Shown here: positions 47,261 through 59,140 of the stretch, in pieces
Position numbering within the stretch: position 1 is the first letter of the stretch
Layout: the number at the start of each line of letters is the position of its first letter
Translations under genes and position numbers: made by a program
Notes under the pieces: model-generated
What the model was told of the DNA's origin: nothing
What the model saw: only the letters and a program-made list of their open reading frames with translations
Databases searched by the model: none
Assembly (NCBI GenBank): GCA_030324005.1
Contig: JARDVH010000031.1
Location: forward strand, 50,309,787 to 50,373,786
Source of the DNA: Negaprion brevirostris
Lineage: Eukaryota
Length of the DNA stretch: 64,000 nucleotides
Direction of reading: 5' to 3'

Positions 47261-47989
47261 CCTCTCTTAACTGACCCTACAATGGAAACACAAAGCTTTT
47301 ACTGCGTGTGCGATGATGCATTGCTGTAATAGCCAACATTATCCTGTCTAGTATTTTCCCAAATTAGAACCAGATGAAGCTATTGGAACAGGCAACTGGA
47401 AAGTTTCAAAAGCATATTTAAAACTTGCTTTTCTTCCACTCATTTTGTGCTGTATCCAAACAACAAACTTTTGAAAGAAAAAGTCCATCCTTTATATTAA
47501 AAATAAATATTTTATATTAAATATGTATATTAAACATTTTGATGTGCCTCGTTACTTTTTTTGTTTCCAAGCGCCGTATAATTGAAAATATTGCACTTCC
47601 GCAAAAGAACCTGTTGCCAAATATTTATAATTCAGGGAGAGTTAGTGGGTTGTCGTTAGCTATTCGAATCTTGGGCACATAGACCTGATCCATTGGTCCC
47701 TCCGTCCTCTCCCAAATCTGCCCACACACTTGGTGTAGACGGCAAATTNNNNNNNNNNNNNNNNNNNNNNNNNNNNNNNNNNNNNNNNNNNNNNNNNNNN
47801 NNNNNNNNNNNNNNNNNNNNNNNNNNNNNNNNNNNNNNNNNNNNNNNNCCCACACACGTGGTGTAGACGGCAAATTTGGGATTATGCACCTTTCTCCCGG
47901 TTCCGAGTGCTAACCAATTCATTATTTCTGTCCCATCATTACAACTTCCCCTTTTGTGCTTAGATCCTTCTCTTGATGGATTTTGCGAT

Positions 47990-48260
47990 TCACCGTAGTG
48001 ATTATAATACTGGACTAATAACCAAGAAGTTAGGTGTCAACATTCCACCATGGCCAGTTGTAAAATTGAATAAATTTCTTCATTTCTGATTTAGAAGCAG
48101 TTAGAAAATGAAAGCTTCCAGATTGTCATTAAAAAAACAAAATAGTTCCCAAAAGGGAAGATTGCCATCACAATCCAATCCGGCCTACACATAACTCAGA
48201 TCCACATTCTGTGGTTGACTCTTGATGTTCTTTGAACTGGCCTACTTAGGCACTCAGTTG
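47990..48260 (+). mobile_element. Older copy of the 5925-type SINE
   Basis: TGGACTAATAACCAAGA...GATTGTCATTAAAAAAAC...GTGGTTGACTCTTGATG. Confidence 0.55.
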
Positions 48261-48311
48261 TAAGCAATCAATACCAAATTCAAAATAAGTAGAAAAAAAA
48301 TCCAACAGATG

Positions 48312-48605
48312 CAGCAACATGGTGGCACAGTAGTCAGCACTGCTGCCTAACAGTGTCAGGGGCCTGGGTTCAATTCTGGCCTTGGATGACTGTCTGTGTG
48401 AAATTTGCACATTCTCCCGTGTTTATGTGGGTTTTCCTCTGGTTTCTTCCCACACTCCAAAGATGTCCGGGTTGGGTTGATTGGCCATGGAAAATTGCCC
48501 CTTAGTGTCAGGGGGATTAGCAAGGTAGATATGTGGGATTACAGGATAAGGTCTGGGTGGGATTGATGGGCCCAATGGCCTCCTTCTGACTGTAGAGATT
48601 CTATA
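48312..48605 (+). mobile_element. V-SINE/HE1, tail type A
   Basis: Head and core; tail GGCCTCCTTCTGACTGTAGAGATTCTAT. Confidence 0.85.
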
Positions 48606-51199
48606 AATCAATGATCTAGGCATTGTGAAGAAGCTAGATTTAAGCAATCTTAGCCCTGCTCATCTTGTAAAGTCCATATTTGCATCTGGAAACAAATCAG
48701 TACTCCTCCATGTTGAACACTACACAGAGAAAGCACTGAAGGAAGAAAGGGCATAGAATATAGTCTATATTAAAAGCTATGCAAACCCTGTCACTGAGTC
48801 AAAGAACAAAGAACAAAGAACAAAACAGGCCCTTCGGCCCAACAAGCCTGTGCCGCCATTTTAACATTGTGAGTCCCCCCTCCACCCATGACCCTTGTCT
48901 ATGCTTATGGCATTCCACATTGAGGGAAGACTAATTTAGGGACAATNNNNNNNNNNNNNNNNNNNNNNNNNNNNNNNNNNNNNNNNNNNNNNNNNNNNNN
49001 NNNNNNNNNNNNNNNNNNNNNNNNNNNNCTTTTCCTATTCATTTCAGCAAATGTTTTCATAATTTTAAAAATCATTATTAAATTCCCTGTTAAATCATTA
49101 CTGCCATTGAAAGAGTCCAATGATTTTAAGTCTCCATTAATATCTATAAAGTGAGAAATTGGGCTGGGTAACACCTCTTTTTGTGCCCTCAGAGTTCAAA
49201 AGTAGTTCTGCAATGTATGCACACATTTGTAGAGCGAACTGCACCAGACACCTTATTAATGAGGATGTTAGCAAGCAGCCAGTGAATATCCACCAAAAGT
49301 ATGAATAGCAAATAAATCATGGCAATCAGTATGCAATGTTAACGTGACCCCGGGGCTGCCACTTAGGAACTCAATGCTCCAGCCAACACCTTCTCTTCAC
49401 TTCACACAACTGAGCATACATTCAGCATTATTGCTACTGAAAGGGATCATCTATTAGAATTTTACAGCCACAGAAAGAGGCCCTTCAGCCCATCAGGTAA
49501 TGTGGCACTGAGAGAGGGACCTGAACCCTGGATCCTCAGGCTAAAAGTTTGATGCTGTACCATCTGAACTACTTGCAAGTTAGGTACTGGGCACCTTCTT
49601 CCGGCTGTTGCTTTGAGCCTATAAGTGCTTTCAATCATAGTTTCAAGTTACAGAACTCTAGAGGGAGTGGTTTGATAGATGATGAAGAACTTTAAGGTTT
49701 CTGCACAACTAATTGCTCTCAGGCATGGGTATACTAGTAGGCATATGGACTGCACACGCATCACCTTTTTGGCAGCCCATCTCAACTCTCTTGTATATCA
49801 GGACCAAAAGGGATTCATTCACTTTATGTCTGTCTGTGAGCTACCACAGATAGCAAATCATACAGTCCTATGCCCAATAACATAGCAGCAGTTGTGATGT
49901 CTTCATTTTGCAGCAGTCATGACAGCTGCAATTGACACCCCTAAGGGAAAGGGTGGTTACAGGAGACAAGGGCTATTTCCTGATAACACGGTCGATGATT
50001 TTGGTGTTTAAACCCTGCAAAGTTGTGTAGCATATATGCGTTTATGTTGACTGCACTCGTCTGAGTTATTTGTGGTAGAACATGTGTGTGATCTTGCCAT
50101 CCAGTGAGCTGACATCTGCATTATCTTTGCTCCTTGTCTCATACTTGCATCAAACTTTTTTTTATCATCTCCCTGCCTGCCCATAAGTAGAAGATGTTTT
50201 GAATTATTTTGAAAGTAGGCTCTAATGTGTTTCCCCAAATCCTTGGTTTGTGTGATCTAACTTAAAAATAATTCCCAGCAAATTCACATTATGATTAACT
50301 CAGGAGTTGGGTTCATGCACATTCACATTTAGGAAGGAAATATTCACAACCTCACACACAAACATATAGCAAGCCGTAGAAAAGAGGAAGATTTACAACT
50401 ATGGCCAATGACAGAACTACAGAAGTATATACTAGTTCTTGTGATTTCTAAAGTCTGAGAATTGAAAGTCCCAAGTGTATTTCCCATGTGGCGGGGTTCA
50501 GTCCAAATGAGTTGGAGACAACTCAGAAATTCTTGAAACAAATGATGCTGCAGCACAATGGACTTTCTGTGCCTACACTGCTTGGCAGCTGATAGTCAGA
50601 GACTTATAAAATAAAAAAAGTTTTGAGAAGTTGAGAGATGGTGGCTGGCTGCTTGCTCGGTCGAGAGCTGCTGGAGTTCTTTCCATTTGGTGTTAAGTCA
50701 ACAGTCTAAGCATTTCTTAGTTTGCAAAGGAATATAGGGATTTCAAAATGGTTGCTTGATTCATACGACCAAAAGATGTTTATTTATCAGTTGGTACTGT
50801 CTTTGGTTTCAGGACTGACAGTGTCCCAGGCGTTAACTTTTGAAAGAGTTACCATTCATATTGACGTCCCTACATCACAAAGCCATTGTCTAGGCAGAGT
50901 CTGACCCCATTAGAGGGTTAAGATTTGCAAAATGCAAATGATGTCCATTGTCCCCTCAATGGTCCTCTTTTGAAATGGACATTGACAATCCCAGGTGAGA
51001 GGTGGGCCTGTGAACCACTCTGCAGCATTAATGACTTTTGATCTGTGAGTCCCTTGATTTCGTGATTATAGCGTCCTTACATTTGGAGTAAGATTTCACA
51101 ACAATGCAAGGAAGATTCTTTTGTTCTTGTAGCTCCTGTAGGTAACTTCCAGATCGAAGTGCCAATCCTATTGTCATGTACCATGTAACAACCATCTTT

Positions 51200-51545
51200 T
51201 TCATAGAATCCCTACAGTCAGAAGGAGATCATTCAACACATTGAGTCTGCACTGACCCTCTGACAGAGCATCTTACCCAGGCCCAAACCCCCACTCAATC
51301 CTCTACCCCTGCACACTTATGCTGGCTAATTCCCCTAACCAACACATGTTGGGAGACTAAGGGGAAATTTAGCATAGCCAATCCATCTAACCTATGCATC
51401 TTTGCATTGTGGGAGGAAACTGGAGCACCCAGAGGAAAATCACACAGACACAGGGAGAATGTGCAAACTCCACACAATCATCCATGGCTTGAATTGAACC
51501 CGGGTCCTTGGCACCATGCTAACCACTGTGCCACCATGCCACCCT
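51200..51545 (-). mobile_element. V-SINE/HE1, tail type A
   Basis: Reverse complement of the family: CATAGAATCCCTACAG...GCTAACCACTGTGCCACC. Confidence 0.85.
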
Positions 51546-53484
51546 GGTTCAGCAGAAAGTCAATTTAAAAACAGCAAAAAAGAATAAAGATTCCGTACAT
51601 ACAGATTGGCTTTATTTTCATGTCGTATTGATACAATGTCTGTAAAACATTCCTGATGCCTCATTGTGTACTGATGTTAACTCCAATTTACCTCCAATGC
51701 AAGATATATGCATTGTTAGTATCTGTGTTAGGAATGAGAATGAAATCAAGTGACTTTTCACTGTTTTCATCAGTACTGTTTTCTTGCTGTTCTTCCACAG
51801 CTTTGTCAGGCTGGATTGCTTGGGTATCTGGAAAGAGGAAGGTAGAAGGATAAGATATGCTTTGGGGAGCAGCGGAGGGGGGCAGGGGGGAGGGGGGGAA
51901 CATGTTTATGTCATGTGTAGCTCATAAATCAGAAAGAGGGTACGTGACATTCTGCTCCCATTGCCCTTTGACCATATGCCTGGGGAGATTGTTTCCCCTC
52001 TGCAGGTACAAGACATGTCATCACTTTTCCACGTCCTCCACCAATAAGTTTAGTCTATGGTGTTCCAAAGTCTTTGGAGGCTGCTCACTCCCTTTCAATC
52101 CCAGTCTACCCTTTCCAGGTAAGATTATTTTCAACCACAACTCCCAGCATCTTCTCCATTATAAGAGGGGCAGGCTAACTTTAACTGTTATTAGTCACAC
52201 ACAACAGGCCCCCTTCTCAAGTATCAAGCCTATCAACGAAATGGTCAGCTCCAGATGGCACAGAAGTCATGAAAATAAGCAATCAACCGGCATCACGATC
52301 CCTTTACATGAAAGGGTCGAGAACAGAGGCTAATGGGGCCCAAAGGTACTAGCGAAGGGTGACATGCTGGTTTGCCAACTCTGTTCACAGCACCAGCCAT
52401 TTTTGATGAGGCTGGCTACTCACCCCCACAAAATGGATAACTGATTAAGCTCATTGAGCACCTTCTCAACATCAAATGAGGCCAACTGGAATTGCCCAGT
52501 CTGCCTGACAGTGTGGAGCCAGTTTAACTGCATGGACACCCAGTGGCAAGCCAAGAGGCCAGCCATTCAGGTAGGCCCTGCAGGTCCTCCCAGTCTCGAT
52601 AGGTACACATGCAGCCATGGGTCCTCTGAAGATGGATGGATTTCAGCATGCTCCTTTCAGCTCACTGCACTCACTCACACACACAAACACACACAAACAC
52701 ACACAGCAATGGCCTGCCTGGCTGATTTTTTTTAACATCAAATTTTAAAAATTTGGTGAGAGGACATCTCCATGTTGAAGCTTCCGCTCAGTTACTCCTT
52801 TGCAGGCTGCTGCTCCTTTCATGCTGGAAGGCCTCTGATTGGCTTCCAACTTCAACAGCCCACCCGGCATTCTTAATTGGACAGAGAACCGGTCCCTAAG
52901 CCAGTTAAAACTCTGAAAATGTTGAAGACAATGCAGTCTAATGTCTTAACTTTTCATATTGGAGTATTCAATTCTACACAGAGTAACACATACTATGCCT
53001 AAATATTGTCTTGTACAAATAAATCCAAATCCTTTTGTTTTTGCATGCTGCACATTTATAAATTGGGTTACACAAAATCATAAGCAACAGAGTATAAATG
53101 GACATGTATCAGTTTATAAATGATTATGTCTGTCTATGGAAACTAATATCAGTTGTTTACATATGGAAAAACATTTGGTGAAAAAGGCTGAACTGTTACA
53201 TATTTTATCCCATTATACTGTTATGTGCTGTTAACCCCTTCACTGAGAGATCCTTTCACAAAATTGTCTCCCCTCTTCAAAGAGGCGCTCTTTCCCTATT
53301 TCATGGGAACACTCTTCCTCCAGCCCACCCTGTTTTACAGCAGCACGTTAACCTTCTTGCATCCTCCCTCCACCTCCACTCCCTCAGTGACTACTGTCTT
53401 GATTTCTGCACTTGTTCCTACCTGATGTTGTTGCTTTGCTCTGAGAATGAACTTTCTAGTGTGAGCACACACTACAAGAGTTGA

Positions 53485-53765
53485 TTTAAAGTTTATTTAT
53501 TAGTCACAAATAGGCTGACATTCACACTGCATTGAAGTTACAGTGAAAAATCCCCTACTCACCACACACTAAAGCCAGTTTGATTACACAGAGGTATACC
53601 TGCACATCTTTGGACTGTGGAAGGAAACTGGAGCATCCGGAGGAAACCCACGCAGACACAGGCAGAATGTGCACACTTCACACAGATAGTAACCCAGGCC
53701 AGGAATCATACCCATGTCCCTGGTGCTGTGAGGCAGCAATGGTAATCGCTGTGCCACTATGCCGT
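53485..53765 (-). mobile_element. V-SINE, tail type B
   Basis: AAAGTTTATTTATTAGTCACAAATAGGCTGACATT...GCTGTGAGGCAGCA. Confidence 0.85.
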
Positions 53766-54825
53766 TGACCCATGCCATTGACTTGTCATGCCACGTTGAA
53801 AAATTGTCCACATTTCAAACAATGCATGCAGCTGCATACATGAGTGCTAATGTTCATGGGACTCAAACACAATCATCAGTCTTGTAGGCATTGCAGTCAG
53901 TGCCTTTCCTTAGCTTCTCATTAGCATAAAAAGCCAAATAGCGTCACCAGCATGACAAATATTTAAATCTTAACTGCCACTACTAGAGACATGGTATTGA
54001 ATATGAGTATATGCAGTTATACGTGCATTGGGTGTGTCTGCCTACGCCTGTAATAAGTAACTGATGAGTATACGTAGCTAAAGGCATCTCCTGCAAATCC
54101 TGAACCAATTTTAAGCGGTTAAATGTAGTTGGCTTATGTGTGAATGTTACTTTTTCTTAGAAACCTCTCCAAAACTGTGCAGATAAGATCATTAATGTGG
54201 ATGGCTGCATGAATTGCCTTTAATATGTCACCTGGCTTTTATTTTGGAAGGCTATATTATTGTCTAATGAAGAACTATCATTCACTACCATCACTGTGAA
54301 CCATATTTTTCATGATTCATTAGAAAGTTAATCAGACTGCTTTAAATAAACATAAACTGAAATAAAATCCTGTGTGCTATATTTGTAAAGTAGTAACATA
54401 GTTTATATCTCACAACATTTGTTGCACAAAAATTGGCAGATTTTCAAATTACAAATATGCATGGCATCTGCTGCATCTCAGTACAAGAGTAATAGTCACA
54501 TGCACAGGTTCTTTTTAGGAAATCTGTGTTGAGAGCTTCCTCCTGCTTTTAAAAATAGAAATTACTGGAAACACACAGCTGATCTGCCAGAATCTGAAAA
54601 GAGTAAAAACCTTTAACTTATCATTTTGTCAACCTTTTGATGGTCATAGTTTTTCTCCCTTTCTGCAGTTCACCATTAAGGGGCATTCACTGTAGAGCAA
54701 GCAATCATGTGGCAGTAGGGAAAAGCTTGGCACATCTCTTCATTTCCAAGTTGCCTTGTTTGACATTGCTGAGAAATTTTGGACCACTGGGCTGCTTATC
54801 TTCATTGTCAATGGGGCAGTTCTTC

Positions 54826-55132
54826 CATAGAGTCCATAGAATCCCTACAGTGCAGAAGGAGGCCATTCAGCCCATCAAGTCTGCACCGACCACATTCCCA
54901 CCCAGACCCTGTTCCCATAACCTCACCCTGCAAATCCCCTGACACTAAGGGGCAATATAGTGTGGGCAATCAGCCTAACCCACACATCTTTGGACTGTAA
55001 TTGGAGCACCTGGAGGAAACCCACGCAAACATGGGGAGAATGCGCACACCCCACGCAGACAGTGACCCAAGCTTGGAATCGTCCCTGGTCATGTGAGTTA
55101 GCAGTGCTAACTACTGTGTCACCGTGCTGCCT
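54826..55132 (-). mobile_element. V-SINE/HE1, tail type A
   Basis: CATAGAATCCCTACAGTGCAGAAGGAGGCCATTCAGCCC...GCAGTGCTAACTACTGTGTCACCGTGCTGCC. Confidence 0.85.
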
Positions 55133-56477
55133 ATTTGTGTGGAGCTCTTAGCTGTCTTGAGACAGCTGCTGGTGTTATAATGTAACAACTACCAAATTGG
55201 AGTGGTTGTTGTTATCAATATGTCGAGCTGCAAGAAATATGGTGTTGAGCGTGAAGTCTAAGATTAGATCCTTGTGAATGAGAGTTAAATAGGCTCAATG
55301 GCAGTTATTGTGGTTAATTATTGTTTCTGGCTCTGTGGCCAAAGTGAAAAACAAATTGAAGATAGTATCTGCCACTTATTCATGAAGTAGATCCTTTTCA
55401 AAGTACTATGAAGGGAGAAGATCTGAGAGCTGAAAGTAGAGAGTGCAAAGCCTCTTCAGAGGCTGCTTCAGAACAATCAAGAGATAGTGCAAAATTAAAT
55501 TATGATATAGCATTTTGTAATGTCAAGAAGGTTTTTGGGGAGGTGGAGCATTATTAATAGGTCACATCATCTGCAGGGACTAGCAATTGCACAAATGTTA
55601 TTCTACATAATTTTCCATTAGTTAATCTTTGCCATCAGTCATAGTTAAGAGCATTTCTCTGGGCTGATGCCATTCAATGACTGGTTAGGTACATTTCAAA
55701 GGACTTGGATGGACATTTTCAGGATTTAGAATGAATATCAAACTTTGGTAGGCATTGATCCCAATGAATTGCACCAGTGATCCATCTATGAGGATCTCTG
55801 AAAGGTCTGCAGATGTGCTGTGCAAATAGAAGACGAAGGGTAAATACGCTCCACACATATATGGATAAGGTGTAGATTGGTAGACATGGATGGTATTCGT
55901 AGAAATTCATTAAAAATGCTCAAGGTGGGGAAAAGGAGAATGAATAATAGATATCAGAAAATGAATCAGTGCTCTAAAACAACTATACACCTTGGTGCTG
56001 CCTTTCTGAGGCATGTGAATAGGATTTTTGGCTGAGGTGTGTAAACCCTTAGTGTTCCACAGCACAATTGTGATCACTCCAAAACAAGAATTGTACTGAG
56101 ATAATAGTTTGCTGTTATCAAGGTGGTTCTACAAATCTTTGTGGCATTTTTATTGGATGCTTTGGAGGCCTTTGGTATAATGAAGAAGAAACTAGCTAAA
56201 TTTTAAGAGAATTGGGTAGATTAGGGTTTGAGATGGTGGAACGTCATACGGTGATTTGATTAATTCACCCTTATACCACTGTTGACAAAATGCTTCAATG
56301 CAACCCGTCTTAGGCTGAACCATGGGAGTAAGTGGTCAAATCTTGGATTTTATCTGAAAGTATACTCCAGCTCCAAGATTCAAGTAAAGGCAGATGGGAA
56401 ACACATTGAATCTATTTCTAATGAAAGTGGAGGTTTAGGAGGCAAATTAGTAGACACCATTGCATATTCCATTCAAT

Positions 56478-56605
56478 CGCCGGAATTTTACTGCCCTGCC
56501 CGCCACGGGAATCGTAGCAGGCAAGTGTTGGACAACAGGAAGGTTCATTGACCTCGGGCGAGATTTTCCAGTCTTGGGTCAAGCGAGGCCATAAAATCCC
56601 GCCCA
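56478..56605. mobile_element. MITE-like element with short terminal inverted repeats
   Basis: Ends GCCGGAATTTTA and TAAAATCCCGCC; similar elements at about 40430-40555 and 63416-63552. Confidence 0.55.
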
Positions 56606-57179
56606 ATGTCTTTGAAAATGTGCTAGATGACATTGATCTTAGAAGTCTAAAAAGTTAAATACATGAATAGGCATGCAATAGAAGAATTCGGACTGCGTAG
56701 AGGTGAAAGGTCTTTAGTTTAGAAAGGCGTCAGGTGTGGGTGCAGGCTTGATGATAAAGGGCCTGTTCCAGTGCTGGACCATTCTTTGTTTTTAACAGAC
56801 TCCTTTGAAGGTGGAGAATTGTAGCAGATATTCAGGAATTGATGATGCCTAATTTGGCATGCCATGATGGGATCAAAATTCCATGACTGGAAAGGTCAGA
56901 ATATTGGACACTCAACAGAGGCGCTAACCTCACTGTGGAGACTGAAATTAGAGCGGAACCCAAGCAAATCTCGGAAAAGAGCAATTGGGCCAATCAAAAA
57001 AAAAATTCCTAATTTCCTTGGAGAATGGAGAGGTAGTGCCGTAAAGACAATTCCCTTCGTGTTGATTACCTCTAGTTTCTACATTCAATGGCCTTTTTAC
57101 AACCAGAATGGAATCTACACCTGGTTAACAAGTGCAGTGTCTGCTGAAATGCCTGGGGCTGATATTACAGAGGCAGTGG

Positions 57180-57485
57180 GGTGGCACGGTGGCACAGTGC
57201 TTAGCACTACTGCCTCACAGAGCCAGGGAACTGGGTTTGGCACCGGCCTTGAGTCACTGTCTGTGTGGAATTTACATGTTCTCCCTGTGTATGTGTGGGT
57301 TTCCTCCAAAGCTGTGCAGGTTAGGTTGATTGGCTATGCTAAATTGCCAGTTAGTATCAGGAGAACTAGCAGGGTCAATACGTGGGGCTATGGGAAAGGG
57401 GCTGGATGGGATTGTGGTCGGTACAGACTCCACGGGCTGAATGGCCTCCTTCTGCACTGTGCTGCACTGTGGGGATTCTATTCTG
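57180..57485 (+). mobile_element. V-SINE/HE1, tail type A
   Basis: GGCACGGTGGCACAGTGCTTAGCAC...GGCCTCCTTCTGCACTG. Confidence 0.85.
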
Positions 57486-58252
57486 TGGCATCTCCCACAC
57501 CGCACGCCCCCNNNNNNNNNNNNNNNNNNNNNNNNNNNNNNNNNNNNNNNNCAGAAAACAATCAGATTGAGGTTCTAGCGAAAGTTGCTTCATCCCATCA
57601 GAATCATTTTGGAATTACTAGCCTAGTCTTTGTCCAAGATTTTTCTGAAACAATGAAATAACAGCTGATGTACTTTTGGCAGATTCACACAGGGATTTCT
57701 GGTCCTCTTTGGGCTAGCAAATTATGGATATGATATTGGGCACCTCCAGTATTGGTGCAAAGTGGCACCTCGAAGGCTACATGCGACAAATTATAAATTG
57801 CTAAATATTACTTGTCATAGGGGTATGATTAATCCTCTTTAATAAAAATCTATTTTGAAAACGGTTGAGAATTGTACTATTTATTCTCCAGGTAGGACTG
57901 TCTGAGTTTAAGACACATTCCATAAAGCCTTTACGTACTTGTGTAAATTCACTCCGTTAGAAACTGTAACCCAATTCCAAGATCTAGTCCACAAATAAAA
58001 AATCTTACTTTCCAAATCAAAAACACTTTTATGTATATACAGAGGTAAATTTCTTCTTTTTGGGCACATTGTGTTTGTTTCTTCGTGGCTTTCCTTTGGC
58101 TTTCAAGCAATTTTGAGAGCAAAAAAAATGCCTTCCTCGGGCTTTAATTTTTTTTTATTCATTCATTTTGAGGCCATAATTGTGCATCCTCTGCAATTAA
58201 TTTGCGATAAAGTGGAGCTTCTCATAGAGGACATAAACAAAATACAGCTTCC

Positions 58253-58324
58253 TGGAGATGCCGGGGATTGAACCCGGGACCTCACACATGCGAAGCGCGC
58301 GCTCTACCACTGAGCTACATCCCC
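58253..58324 (-). tRNA. tRNA-Ala (anticodon CGC)
   Basis: GGGGATGTAGCTCAGTGGTAGAGCGCGCGCTTCGCATGTGTGAGGTCCCGGGTTCAATCCCCGGCATCTCCA: 72 nt, full cloverleaf, G3:U70 pair, intact A and B boxes, TTTT terminator at 58239-58242. Confidence 0.98.
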
Positions 58325-58666
58325 AAGCTCGAAAACCTGGCTCTAAATAATGGCTGAAGTGGATTCAAATCGGACATTAGCTGGGGCAATGAGGGACGAG
58401 AGGGCGGGTAGAAATATAATTTTAGTTGATGAAGCCTTCTTGCTGTGTTGATCACTCGGCTGGAGATTTGTCTCTGACAAGTACTGGGCCAACGCCAACC
58501 TTTCACTCCAGGGTCGGTAAGGTTCGCGGGCTTAACTTGCTTCCTTTGATTTGACCGCAACGTAAAAATTGCAAATGTTATCAGCGAGCTTTTTTTTCTA
58601 AAAACAAAGTAGTAAAACGAAGTGATTAATTTGGGCAAAGGAGGGAGGGGGGGAAAAAAATATCAT

Positions 58667-58737
58667 TGCATCGGCCGGGAATCGAACCCGGGCCTCCCGC
58701 GTGGCAGGCGAGAATTCTACCACTGAACCACCGATGC
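58667..58737 (-). tRNA. tRNA-Gly (anticodon GCC)
   Basis: GCATCGGTGGTTCAGTGGTAGAATTCTCGCCTGCCACGCGGGAGGCCCGGGTTCGATTCCCGGCCGATGCA: 71 nt, fully paired stems, T7 terminator at 58654-58660. Confidence 0.98.
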
Positions 58738-58905
58738 ACAAGAAGTTCCACGCGCAGCCACTATACAATTGCAACCGTTAACGGTCACTNNNNNNNNNNN
58801 NNNNNNNNNNNNNNNNNNNNNNNNNNNNNNNNNNNNNNNNNNNNNNNNNNNNNNNNNNNNNNNNNNNNNNNNNNNNNNNNNNNNNNNNNNNNNNNNNNNN
58901 NNNNN

Positions 58906-59140
58906 CAATGAAGTTACTGTGAAAATACCCGAGTCACCACACTCTTCAGGTATGTTCCACATCACGCCTGTTCCACATGGTGCCTCTTCAGGGAGGATTA
59001 AGCATGGCCAACGCACCTAACCTGCACGTCTTCCGGACTGTGGGAGCACCCGGAGGAATCCCACGCAGACATGGGGAGAACGTGCGGACTCCACACAGAC
59101 AGTGACCTAAACCGAGGATCGAACCCAGGCCCCTAGCGCT
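58906..59140 (-). mobile_element. V-SINE, tail type B (partial)
   Basis: CAATGAAGTTACTGTGAAAA...GGGAGCACCCGGAGGAATCCCACGCAGACATGGGGAGAACG. Confidence 0.8.

Noticed and set aside
56864-57661. 265-aa ORF as a gene
   Set aside because: It runs through a V-SINE and an N gap, with no recognisable domain.
58666-58911. ORF MHRPGIEPGPPAWQARILPLNHRC..
   Set aside because: It is the antisense translation of tRNA-Gly.
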